Shown here: positions 19,015 through 28,097 of the stretch, piece by piece
Position numbering within the stretch: the first letter of the stretch is position 1
Layout: each line of letters starts with the position of its first letter
The notes under the pieces: model-generated
Database searches by the model: none
Told to the model about the DNA's origin: nothing
The model's input: only the letters and a program-made list of their open reading frames with translations
Translations under genes and position numbers: made by a program
Assembly (NCBI GenBank): GCA_963555815.3
Contig: CAUVWX020000002.1
Location: 416,001 to 480,000, forward strand
DNA length: 64,000 nucleotides
Direction of reading: 5' to 3'
Origin: a bacterium
GTDB lineage: Bacteria; UBA8248; JACPRG01; G963555815

Positions 19015-20184
19015 TCATCTTCGGTCGAGAACCGGCTCTCCCTGCACAAAAACGAGGCGTGGCTCAAGGTCTAGGTCCAGAACCAAGATGTCGGCGTCCA
19101 GGCCCTCGGCCAGCCGGCCCTTTCGATGAGAGATGCCAAGGGCGCGGGCGGGATTCTCCGAGACCCACGGAAGGACATTCTCCAGGGGAAGCTGACAAAA
19201 CTTCATCCCGTTTTTTAAGGCACCTCTCAACGGAAGAAGGGCCCCCGCAAGGACCCCCTCAGGGGTCTCGGCGCGCCCCCCCCGGACTCGAACTGATATT
19301 TCCCCCATCAAGGCCTCAGGGATCTCTGCCTCGCCAAGGGGTGTCGCGTCTGAGACCAGGAAAGTACCCTCTGGCCCCTTCGCCCGGACGGCCATCCGAA
19401 GGGCCGCCGGGTGGACGTGGACACCGTCAGCGATGAAGCCCGCCATCACCTCCGAATGGTCGAGGATGGCCCCCAGAACCCCAGGGTCGCGGTGGTGAAA
19501 ATTCCTCATCGCGTTGAAGGTGTGGGTGGCGAGGCGGGCCCCAGCAGCGATGGCGAGCTTGGCCTCCTCATAAGTAGCGGCTGTATGCCCCATGGCGGGA
19601 ATCCACCCCCAGCGGGCCATCCCTTGAATCACCGACAGGGCGCCTGGAAGTTCAGGGGCGAGTGTGAGTACCAGGGGCCCTCCCTCCCAGGATTCGGCAT
19701 AGCGTTCGAGCTCCCCGAGATCCGGGGGGCGCAGGTGGGCCTGAAGATGAGCGCCGGCGGCCTTGGGGTTCAGAAAGGGGCCCTCCAGGTGGGCGCCGAG
19801 GACGGTCGCCCCCCCACCCCGGGCGCTGGCCCCTGAGATGGCGGAAAGGCCCTCCTGGAGGAGCTCCCTTGGGGCGCTAATCAGTGTGGGGAGAAAGGAC
19901 GTGGTGCCGCGTCTCGCAAGGTCCTGGGCAATGGCCTCGATGGCCTCGGGGGTCGCCTCCATGACGGCCCGGCCTGCCCCGCCATTGACTTGGAGGTCTA
20001 TCAGGCCCGGCAGGATGAGGGTCCCGTCGAGGTCAAGAATTCGGGCCCCTGAGGGGAGAGGCCCGATGGGTCCAGCGGACAGGATTTTCCCGTCCTGAAA
20101 GACCACTTGCCCCCCCTCGATCACACCAGAAGACAGATAGACTCGACCTCCCCTAAGGGCGGTGACTGTCTCGGGCGAGACCAC
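19015..20184 (-). CDS. nagA: N-acetylglucosamine-6-phosphate deacetylase
   Basis: PGLIDLQVNGG, HLEGPF, TLAPE, GHT, THTFNAM, IADGVHV, LAG. Confidence 0.92.
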   Translation of the reverse strand: MVSPETVTALRGGRVYLSSGVIEGGQVVFQDGKILSAGPIGPLPSGARILDLDGTLILPGLIDLQVNGGAGRAVMEATPEAIEAIAQDLARRGTTSFLPTLISAPRELLQEGLSAISGASARGGGATVLGAHLEGPFLNPKAAGAHLQAHLRPPDLGELERYAESWEGGPLVLTLAPELPGALSVIQGMARWGWIPAMGHTAATYEEAKLAIAAGARLATHTFNAMRNFHHRDPGVLGAILDHSEVMAGFIADGVHVHPAALRMAVRAKGPEGTFLVSDATPLGEAEIPEALMGEISVRVRGGRAETPEGVLAGALLPLRGALKNGMKFCQLPLENVLPWVSENPARALGISHRKGRLAEGLDADILVLDLDLEPRLVFVQGEPVLDRR

Positions 20185-20343
20185 GGGTCAGCCTTCTAGA
20201 CACACAGCTGAAAGAAAATAGTGTTTCGTGGTGAGGGGCAAGAGAGCAATAAAGAGGCATCCCCAAACAGGGGGAACGACAATGGCTTTTTCATCCCCCT
20301 GGCCGGCCAGCCCAGGGACCCGGCTCCGTCGGGACGAGGCCGG

Positions 20344-20931
20344 TCATTTGGACTTCTTGCGTTTTCGCACCTTTTCGTTCGCCTGGATGAGCATCTCGAC
20401 GTTTTGTCGAGCCGTCTCCCTGATCCTCTGCTGGATACTGAGAAGGACCAGGCGACCAGGCAGCGTGGGGACGTTCGGGATGATAGGCATCTCGCGGCTT
20501 CCGGGCTCTTTCTCCAGGGCCGCGGCTTCCTTCACGATCTCTTTCTCAGAAAAAAGCTCCTTTTCCGAGTAGGAATAGGTCAACTTGACATAGTCTCGCT
20601 CTTTCCGCTCATCATCCCGGGTTTCCCGGACAATATTCTCCATATCGATCGAACTGGGCTTCTTGTCGGCCTTTTTCATCTCACTCTTCACGGCGTCGAA
20701 GTATTTGTTGAGGGGCATGGTCTTGGTCAGCTCGTCCTGGGGGATCTTGGAACTGATCTCAAATTTGATGCGCCCCTTTGAAATCATGGGAGCCCCGATT
20801 TCATACGTGATCTCATGGACGCTGAACCGATCTCCTCGCTTGGACTGGTATTGGGAGCGGAACTCGTCGGTGAGTTCGACGAGGCCCCGCTGGGCGAACT
20901 GGACGAAGAGATTTTCCTTGAGGGTTGGCAT
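20344..20931 (-). CDS. Hypothetical charged cytoplasmic protein
   Basis: 195-aa ORF with RBS GAGGAGG, coding-like codon usage and a downstream hairpin. Confidence 0.75.
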   Translation of the reverse strand: MPTLKENLFVQFAQRGLVELTDEFRSQYQSKRGDRFSVHEITYEIGAPMISKGRIKFEISSKIPQDELTKTMPLNKYFDAVKSEMKKADKKPSSIDMENIVRETRDDERKERDYVKLTYSYSEKELFSEKEIVKEAAALEKEPGSREMPIIPNVPTLPGRLVLLSIQQRIRETARQNVEMLIQANEKVRKRKKSK

Positions 20932-21107
20932 GGGGCCCGTTCCTCCTCGTAAGCGAAAACTAAACCCAGGCGCTAAGTATAGGCCGGGGGGGCGGCTCGG
21001 GCAAGCCTCCTATTGCGATCTGTAAAAAGTAGACAGGCCCCTCTCTATACGGCTAATATGTCTCTGGCCGGAAGGTCAGGCGGCGCTGAGGCCTCTTGGA
21101 GTCTGTG

Positions 21108-21572
21108 ATGCGGGCGAACATGGCGCGGGGAAGGGCCCTCTTCCTTACAACGTTGCTCCTTCTGCTTTGGGGATGTGCGGGAAGCGAAGTGCCCCCAACG
21201 ACCCAGGATCCGGTCTCCCTTTTCCTGGAGCGAATCCAGTCCAAACACCGAGCAGAGGCCAAACAAATCGAGGTGGCCGAGCCAGGCCCCACCCGTGAGG
21301 AGATCCACCTGGGGATGCGGCCCGGTTGGGAGCATAAACCCCTGACCGAACGGGAAGATGATGCAATTATCCTCACCCGGACCTGGGTGGAGATCCTGAC
21401 CCACCCCAAGGGAGGCGTGACCACCACCCTGGCCTATTGGCTCCCCATCGAGACGACGTCCATACCGGAGAGGGCCATCGTCCGGTACCAGGACCCCCAA
21501 GGAAAGCCTCTGGGATGGACTGAGTTTCGCCGGGACCGGGGCATCTTTCTTAGGTGGATCCCATCGCCCTAA
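21108..21572 (+). CDS. Hypothetical lipoprotein
   Basis: Basic N-terminus, hydrophobic core, lipobox LWGC. Confidence 0.65.
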   Translation: MRANMARGRALFLTTLLLLLWGCAGSEVPPTTQDPVSLFLERIQSKHRAEAKQIEVAEPGPTREEIHLGMRPGWEHKPLTEREDDAIILTRTWVEILTHPKGGVTTTLAYWLPIETTSIPERAIVRYQDPQGKPLGWTEFRRDRGIFLRWIPSP

Positions 21573-21661
21573 GGGTGGCCCACGAAAAGGGCCCCCATAA
21601 TTGGCAATATTTTACATTAACTATATGCTGTTAACTGACTAAAATATAGGAGGCTATCAGA

Positions 21662-21994
21662 ATGGAACTTGTCGCTAAGTACGTGGTGCTCATTTACGGC
21701 CTGCTCATGATCATCGGGGGGATCATCGGATTCACCACTGCCAGGAGCCTGCCCTCCCTCCTCTCGGGCGGCATCAGCGGCATCATCCTTCTCGTGGTGT
21801 TCGCCTGGAGCCTAAAAGCCCTCTCGCCCGCACTGTGGACAGCCGTGGGGATTTCCGCAGCCCTTACGGTTCTGATGGGGGTGCGCTTCGCCATCTCCGG
21901 CAAGTTCATGCCGTCGGGCGGAATCGCCCTGATCAGTCTAATTGCCTTAATCCTGACGATCGTGGGTGCGCTGCAGGCGAAAACGGGTCCCTGA
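21662..21994 (+). CDS. TMEM14 family membrane protein
   Basis: YGLLMIIGGIIGF..ARSLPSLLSG, RFAISGKFMPSG. Confidence 0.88.
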   Translation: MELVAKYVVLIYGLLMIIGGIIGFTTARSLPSLLSGGISGIILLVVFAWSLKALSPALWTAVGISAALTVLMGVRFAISGKFMPSGGIALISLIALILTIVGALQAKTGP

Positions 21995-22006
21995 GAAGGG
22001 CTAATT

Positions 22007-22399
22007 TCAGCAGTTGTCGCAAAGGTCGGGGGGCTCAGCGGGGCCTCTGCCCGTCCCCGTCCGGCTGGGCCTCCAGCTGAAAATTTCCGGGTTCTCCCCC
22101 GCGAAACGCAAGAGATATTCCCTCAAAGACTCCCCTTCCAGTGGGGGTCGGTTTTCGACAACCTGGGTCTCCAGGATCTCAAGGTAGCGGTCATAATACT
22201 CGCGCTCTTGCTCAAGGGGGCTTGGGCAATAACAGGTCTCGTAAAAGGTGATGAGGCCGCCAGAGACCCGCGCCTCCTGCATGGCCCCCTGCATTGACTT
22301 TTCGAAGACCTCTCCTTTTCCGAGGGCCCTCGTCTCAATGGCTTCTCGAAGGGCTTTTTCTTTTCCCTCCAGCACGCGAGCCTTGACGTGATAGTCCAT
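22007..22399 (-). CDS. Hypothetical protein with CxC and C-terminal CxxC
   Basis: MDYHVKARVLEG...FYETCYCPSPLEQEREYY...LCDNC. Confidence 0.65.
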   Translation of the reverse strand: MDYHVKARVLEGKEKALREAIETRALGKGEVFEKSMQGAMQEARVSGGLITFYETCYCPSPLEQEREYYDRYLEILETQVVENRPPLEGESLREYLLRFAGENPEIFSWRPSRTGTGRGPAEPPDLCDNC

Positions 22400-22578
22400 C
22401 TCTTCGCTCTCCCACCCGGGCAACCACGTCCTTCCACATCCTTTCTCAGTATAATCGATTGGTCCGGCGTAGGCGATAGACCGCTCTGACGTGGGAAGAT
22501 GCGATTTTAATTCAGAAAGGAGGATCGGCCAAAAAGAGACAAAAGCCCTTCTCGGAGCGCCAGAGACCGGGATTCGGG

Positions 22579-22616
22579 TTGACAAGGAAGGCAAGGGCGA
22601 TAGAATAATTTCAATC
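22579..22616 (+). promoter_or_regulatory. sod promoter with overlapping PerR/Fur-like box
   Basis: TTGACA-16 bp-TAGAAT; ATAGAATAATTTCAA resembles TTAKAATnATTMTAA. Confidence 0.5.
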
Positions 22617-22726
22617 CTTCGTTTTCGTTAGAAGCCGGGGTGCCTTTGGGAACGCACCACACAGACTTCCCAAGAGGAGTGGCGCCGCCTGCTCGTCCTC
22701 TGGCGTGCTGAGAAAAGGAGGCTGTC

Positions 22727-23335
22727 ATGGCCCACACCCTACCGGACCTGCCTTATGACTACAACGCATTAGAGCCCCACATCGACGCCCAGACCATGCA
22801 GCTCCACCACGACAAGCACCACAAGACCTACGTGGACGGCCTCAACACTGCAGAGCAACGCCTCGCGGACGCCAGAAGCAAGGGGGACTTCGCCGCTATC
22901 CAGCAGCTCGCGCGCTTGGTTGCCTTTCACGGAAGCGGCCACTTCAACCATTGCATCTTCTGGAAGAATATGGCGCCCAAAAAAGGGGGGGAACCCAAGG
23001 GGGCCGTGGCCGACCAGATTAAGGCGGACTTCGGGAGCTTCGAGAACGTGAAAAAACAGTTCTCGGCGGGATCCGTCGCGGTGGAGGGAAATGGCTGGGG
23101 CATCCTGGGCTGGCACCCCCTGGCCGGAAAGCTCCAAACCTATACCGCCATGAACCATCAAAACCTGACTCAATGGGGGGTCATCCCCATCCTGATGTTG
23201 GACGTCTGGGAGCACGCTTATTATCTGAAGTATCAGAACCGCAGGGCCGACTACGTCGCCGCCTGGTGGAACCTGGTCAACTGGGATGACGTGGCCCAGC
23301 GTCTGACGGACGCCAAGGCGGTCAAGATCTCGTAA
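22727..23335 (+). CDS. sod: Fe/Mn superoxide dismutase
   Basis: LPDLPYDYNALEP, HHDKHH, GHFNHCIFW, DVWEHAYY. Confidence 0.97.
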   Translation: MAHTLPDLPYDYNALEPHIDAQTMQLHHDKHHKTYVDGLNTAEQRLADARSKGDFAAIQQLARLVAFHGSGHFNHCIFWKNMAPKKGGEPKGAVADQIKADFGSFENVKKQFSAGSVAVEGNGWGILGWHPLAGKLQTYTAMNHQNLTQWGVIPILMLDVWEHAYYLKYQNRRADYVAAWWNLVNWDDVAQRLTDAKAVKIS

Positions 23336-23383
23336 GTCTCTGCCGAGACCCAAGCGCACCGGGACTGGAAGAAGCAAAAACCT

Positions 23384-23417
23384 AAAAGGGGCGGCCTAAA
23401 AAATCCGCCCTTTTTTT
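23384..23417 (+). terminator. Rho-independent terminator after sod
   Basis: AAAAGGGGCGG...CCGCCCTTTTTTT. Confidence 0.8.
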
Positions 23418-23452
23418 GAGACATTCAGAACTTCGCGCGAGGAGCACAGCAC

Positions 23453-23803
23453 ATGGAAACCATGGGGCCGCAGCACTACATCTTCATCTGTACCAACACA
23501 CGACCTGCCGGGCACCCCCGGGGCTCTTGCGGTCCTCGCGGGGCCCAGGAATGCGCGATGCGGGTCGCCGACGAGATCGGGAAGCGGGATCTCTGGGACA
23601 AGGTGATGATGACAAGCACGTCCTGCCTTGGACCCTGCGGGGAGGGCGTGACCATCGCCATCTACCCTGAGGCGACTTGGTACTGGGGCGTCAAGCCCGA
23701 TGATGTCCCGGAGATCCTGGAGGCTATGACGAAAGGAGATCGGGTCTCCCGTCTTCTTTATTCCTGGCCACCACCCGAAGAAACCCCTCCCCCCAGTCCC
23801 TGA
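23453..23803 (+). CDS. Thioredoxin-like [2Fe-2S] ferredoxin
   Basis: FICTNTR...GSC...SCLGPC..YPEATWY. Confidence 0.9.
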   Translation: METMGPQHYIFICTNTRPAGHPRGSCGPRGAQECAMRVADEIGKRDLWDKVMMTSTSCLGPCGEGVTIAIYPEATWYWGVKPDDVPEILEAMTKGDRVSRLLYSWPPPEETPPPSP

Positions 23804-23825
23804 GAAGGGCCAATCTCGATCGGTC

Positions 23826-24040
23826 TCACTCTTCTAGAGCTCGAATGACGGCCTTGGGCGCCTTTCTCCGTATCACCAGTCCGATATGACCCACGAGTGT
23901 TCGATAGAGGCCCAGGGCGGCCCAAACGTCGGCATCCGGACCATTCGCCCAGAGCGTCTCAGCCTCCAGGCCAGGAGACAGACGGTAAGACCCCGTGCCT
24001 GATAACCACGGATGAGGATAACGGGTCGAGAAGGGTGACG
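23826..24040 (-). pseudogene. Decayed alpha/beta hydrolase (lipase-like) remnant
   Basis: PVILIRGY...LAWRLRRSG...ASIE, then in a shifted frame LVGHIGLVIR (compare LVGHSxGGLVIR). Confidence 0.4.
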
Positions 24041-24044
24041 ACGA

Positions 24045-25145
24045 TCACCGAGAGGGTCTGTTGGCCGGGGCGACATACCGGCCTCTGGCCTGGTGTCGCT
24101 CGAAGGCGAGGGCAATGAGCCGGTCAATGAGGGCCCCGTAGGAAAGCCCCGCGGCCTCCCAGAGACGGGGATAGACGCTGGTTGTCGTAAAGCCCGGGAC
24201 GGTGTTGATCTCGTTCACGTAGATGCTGCCTTTTTTCTCATCGAAGAAAAAATCCACGCGCGCCATCCCGTCTCCCCCGATAGCGCCAAAAGCACGAAGG
24301 GAGAGCGTCTGGATCTCTTGCTCGGCCTTTTTTGGCAGGTCCGCCGGGATCAGGATGTCGGTCATCCCGGAATTATATTTTCGCTGGTAATCGTACCATC
24401 CCCCGCGAGGGCGGATTTCGGCAAGGGGGGAAGCGGCCGGCGGCTCGCTGCCCACTGTGTTGCCGAGAATGGCGCACTCGATCTCTCTGCCTGAAACGGC
24501 CCGCTCGATCAGCACCTTCTCATCAAAACGGAAGGCTTCGGAGAGGGCCGGCAGGAGCTCCCTCTCTTCTTCTACCCGCGCTATCCCGATGCTGCTCCCC
24601 AGGGAGACCGGCTTAACAAAGAGGGGGGGCGAAAGATTGGCTTGGTCCAAGCGCTTGGCGACGCCCCCAGAATCTCTCTCGTGGTCCTCCCACCTCAGGA
24701 GGACGTGGTCCACCACGGGAACCCCCGCGGCGCGGAAGACGGTTTTGGCGAGACTTTTGTCCATTCCGATGGCTGAGGCCGACACCCCGGAACCCACGTA
24801 TGGGACGCCCAGAAATTCTAAAAGCCCCTGAATCGTTCCGTCTTCGCCGAAGGGTCCGTGGATCAAGGGAAAGGCGACGTCGAAGGGGTGACGGTTGTCA
24901 CTTCCAACTTCAAGGAGGGTCGGATCTCCAAGCGCCTGGGACAGGGCCACCGGGACGCCCCTATCGGGCGGGTCTTCTGGCCGCCCCAGGAGGGACCAAG
25001 CCCCATCGGTCCCGATGTGGAGGAAAAGGATCTGGCCTTTAGCGGGGTCGGCCGCCCCGGCCACACCCGCCGCCGAAGCGAGGGAGATCTCGTGTTCTGC
25101 AGACCGCCCACCAAAGATGAGCAATAGCCGTCGGCGCCCGGTCAT
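24045..25145 (-). CDS. ddl: D-alanine--D-alanine ligase
   Basis: FGGRSAEHEIS, HGPFGEDGTIQG, GSSIG, YDYQRKY, RVDFF, NEINTVPG. Confidence 0.95.
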   Translation of the reverse strand: MTGRRRLLLIFGGRSAEHEISLASAAGVAGAADPAKGQILFLHIGTDGAWSLLGRPEDPPDRGVPVALSQALGDPTLLEVGSDNRHPFDVAFPLIHGPFGEDGTIQGLLEFLGVPYVGSGVSASAIGMDKSLAKTVFRAAGVPVVDHVLLRWEDHERDSGGVAKRLDQANLSPPLFVKPVSLGSSIGIARVEEERELLPALSEAFRFDEKVLIERAVSGREIECAILGNTVGSEPPAASPLAEIRPRGGWYDYQRKYNSGMTDILIPADLPKKAEQEIQTLSLRAFGAIGGDGMARVDFFFDEKKGSIYVNEINTVPGFTTTSVYPRLWEAAGLSYGALIDRLIALAFERHQARGRYVAPANRPSR

Positions 25146-25263
25146 GGGTCTCGAAAGGCTGTGAAGGAGGTCCAGAGGATTAGAAAAAGGGTATCCCGGG
25201 CCCTCAGGTATTTGAGCCTCGAATGAAACACAGGGGTTTCCTCTTTCTGTCTGATGGGGATCC

Positions 25264-25878
25264 CTACTTCAGAAGTTTCGACATGAACTTGAAGTCGTCC
25301 GTCCCGGCCACCCGAAGGAGATCAAAGGCGGCGGTCTCGGTGGAGGTGATGACCGCCCCCGCCTCGTCCATCAACCGAAGCCCCGTTTTCCAGTTGGCCT
25401 TCGTCCTGGAGCAGACGGCGTCGGCCGGGACATGGACCGTATAGCCCGTGTCCAGCAAGTCGCAGACCGTCTGAAAGACGCAGACGTGGGTCTCAATACC
25501 GGCGACCAGGACGTGGCTGAGATCTTTGGCCCGCAACCGCTTCAAAAAGCCCTCTTCCTCACAGCCGCTGAAGGCCAGCTTCTCGATGGGCGAGAAATCG
25601 GGAAAAACCTCCTTCAGCTCTGAAGAAGTATGCCCGAGCCCTTTTGGGTACTGCTCCGTCACAATGGCGGGAAGTTTTAGCCGCCCCGCCAGCGAGAGGA
25701 GGATGCGGATACTGCGGAGCGTCCTCTCCCTGATTTCCTCCGGCATGGCGGCGAGAAGGCGCTCTTGCGTATCAATCAAGACGAGGCCTGTCTTCTCCCG
25801 GCTCAGGCGAAACCGTTTCCCATTCTCCCCCAACCCGCCTTCTCCCTCAAAAAGGCTTTCCCTCGCGGCAAGGCTCAT
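25264..25878 (-). CDS. Isochorismatase family hydrolase
   Basis: IDTQERL, TEQYPKGLG, EKLAFS, GIETHVCV. Confidence 0.92.
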   Translation of the reverse strand: MSLAARESLFEGEGGLGENGKRFRLSREKTGLVLIDTQERLLAAMPEEIRERTLRSIRILLSLAGRLKLPAIVTEQYPKGLGHTSSELKEVFPDFSPIEKLAFSGCEEEGFLKRLRAKDLSHVLVAGIETHVCVFQTVCDLLDTGYTVHVPADAVCSRTKANWKTGLRLMDEAGAVITSTETAAFDLLRVAGTDDFKFMSKLLK

Positions 25879-25950
25879 TTGCCCTAACGAATGCGACCCA
25901 CACCCTCTACGGAACGGGAAACATCAGGCAGTGGTCCGGTCTGAGGGGTT

Positions 25951-27171
25951 TTAAATCCCTCCGAAGGAGACGGCCCGGACGTTTTCTAGCGGGAAGTAGA
26001 CGAAGACCCCTGGCGCCACAGAGCCTAAAAAGCCAATGCGTCTCAGCGCGTAGCCCCCGGGGTTGTAATGATTTCCCTCTCCCGAGAGGTCCTCAAATCC
26101 TGCGTGGTACTCCCAGTCGATGGGCAGGCGGAAGAGCTCACCCGCTTGGTTCCGGAAGGCCATCTCCCCTTTTTCTCCCTCTGGTATCTCGAGGCGGGAA
26201 AGCTTGGCGAAGCTTGCCCGTTCCCGGGTCTCGCCCACCCGGACGAAGAAGAAGGGTTTCCTAAAACCCCCGATCAAGCTCCCGCCTGTCTCTGTCCACC
26301 CTTCCAGGAGATACCGCTCATAAAAGAGGGAAAGCTCTATTGCTTCGACCTGCTGTCCGCTCGCCAACTCCACGGTCGCCTTCTGGCCTGGCGGGACAAC
26401 CCCTTCAGGGTTCGATAGAGAGGCGGACTCGATCCGCTCGAGGCCGCGAAGGGGAATCTTGAAGGGGCCGAGGGAAGAATCTCCACTCAAGAGACCCTCT
26501 CCCAACTCTCCCTCGTATTCCTCCCCAGCCGCCGTGGAAACCGAATGACCCCTCCCCTTCCGGACAACTTTCCGGACACTCGACAGTTGAATGAGATAGG
26601 TGAAACCGTCCATTTGGAGGGGGAGCAGACCCACCTCGTGTCTCTGCCCCACCGGGTCCCAGAGCGTGAATGAGTCCTCAACGCTGAGGTCTCCAAGGGC
26701 TCGGACCGAGAGATCCCCTTCCCCGACCAAGGTGGCCGAGAATTCCTTATTCGAAGGCTCTGGCGGTGCCTCCTCTGTCGTGGAGACCTTCAACTCAATT
26801 CTGTCGATGAGATCCCAGGATTTGACCAGAGGACCAAGGGCCCATTCCGCGCGAAAGGGTTCCGTGGGGATGGGGCCATTGCAGGAATTTCCATTTCGAA
26901 GAAGAAGTTTTAGCTGATCGGCAGAGGGGTCTACCTGGATCTCCTGCAGAGTGTCCACGGGGATCTCAAAGAGAAATGGACCTCGTCGGCAGGAAAGAGC
27001 GCTGGCCTCGACTTTCTCAAGAGTGATGATCTCTCCTGACCGCCGATAGTGAATTTTCCATCCAACAGGCACATCGGCAGCGAGCGGCGCTCCCGGCCAG
27101 ACAAGAGGCACCAAGAACCCCCACAGGATGCACCAAATCCCCTTCTTTATCGCCCAGAGGGCGTCTAACAT
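25951..27171 (-). CDS. Putative secreted protein with six Sm-like beta repeats
   Basis: Signal-like N-terminus ending APLAA; recurring G-x-h-x-I-x4-I-xx-I motif; an upstream start at 27234 is also possible. Confidence 0.7.
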   Translation of the reverse strand: MLDALWAIKKGIWCILWGFLVPLVWPGAPLAADVPVGWKIHYRRSGEIITLEKVEASALSCRRGPFLFEIPVDTLQEIQVDPSADQLKLLLRNGNSCNGPIPTEPFRAEWALGPLVKSWDLIDRIELKVSTTEEAPPEPSNKEFSATLVGEGDLSVRALGDLSVEDSFTLWDPVGQRHEVGLLPLQMDGFTYLIQLSSVRKVVRKGRGHSVSTAAGEEYEGELGEGLLSGDSSLGPFKIPLRGLERIESASLSNPEGVVPPGQKATVELASGQQVEAIELSLFYERYLLEGWTETGGSLIGGFRKPFFFVRVGETRERASFAKLSRLEIPEGEKGEMAFRNQAGELFRLPIDWEYHAGFEDLSGEGNHYNPGGYALRRIGFLGSVAPGVFVYFPLENVRAVSFGGI

Positions 27172-27271
27172 GACAATCTTCCCCCCCACAGGGGCTGGGA
27201 GTTTAGAAGGCCCAGGGAGTCTCAAAATTTTCATTCAGGTTTCTCAAACCCCTAGTATATAATGAGGCCGC

Positions 27272-28033
27272 TCAAAAATTTCCCGAAGTTTCTGGGCTGC
27301 TCCTCTGAGGGAGATTTCCATCAGACCACTTTGACGAGGGGAGGACTCCGGAAGACCCGCGGGGACCCACATCGTCAGACGCCCCGTCCACCAGGGCACC
27401 CTTGTACAGATGAAGAACTTGATCCGCCACCTGGCGGCAAAAATCCTTGTCATGCGTGGCGACGACGACTGTCGTCCCCTTCTCTTCGCGAGTCTTGAGG
27501 ATGAGCATGATGACCAGGTTGATGTGGTCCACATCCACATGGGCAACCGGCTCGTCAAGGAGAAGGACCTCTCGCTCCAGGACCAGTGCGCGGGCCAGGG
27601 CAACCCGCTGGGCCTCGCCCCCCGAAAGCTCCGAGCCCAAACGATCCTTAAATCCCTCAAGATCGGAAAAGGCCAGTGCCCTCGCCACCCGGGTCGCCAC
27701 CTCCGACTCCGGAATCCCCTCCTGCCGGAGGCCATAGGCTACGTTGAAAAAGACCGAGCCCTTGAAGAGGTAAGGGGTTTGGTGGGCGAGGGTCATCCGT
27801 CGCCGCAACTCGAGGGCGTTTCGCCTCAAATTTACAGGGCGACCATCCATGGAAAGCGTGCCGGCTGACGGTCTCTCCAGAAGGCTGAGGATGCGAAGGA
27901 TGGTCGTCTTCCCGGCACCGTTGTGCCCCAGGAAGACCGTCACCTCGCCCCGGGGGATCTCCAAGGCCTCCAGATCCAAAACCTTCTCACGACCAAAATA
28001 CTTCTTCAGCCCACGCGCAGAGAACACCATCAC
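27272..28033 (-). CDS. tupC: Tungstate ABC transporter ATPase
   Basis: GHNGAGKT, LSGGEAQR, LLLDEP; operon context. Confidence 0.85.
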   Translation of the reverse strand: MMVFSARGLKKYFGREKVLDLEALEIPRGEVTVFLGHNGAGKTTILRILSLLERPSAGTLSMDGRPVNLRRNALELRRRMTLAHQTPYLFKGSVFFNVAYGLRQEGIPESEVATRVARALAFSDLEGFKDRLGSELSGGEAQRVALARALVLEREVLLLDEPVAHVDVDHINLVIMLILKTREEKGTTVVVATHDKDFCRQVADQVLHLYKGALVDGASDDVGPRGSSGVLPSSKWSDGNLPQRSSPETSGNF

Positions 28034-28097
28034 CTCGCGACAAGGCCTGACTGCGGCCAGAAGAAGATTTGGGGGACAAACGACCTCATAAAACCTC

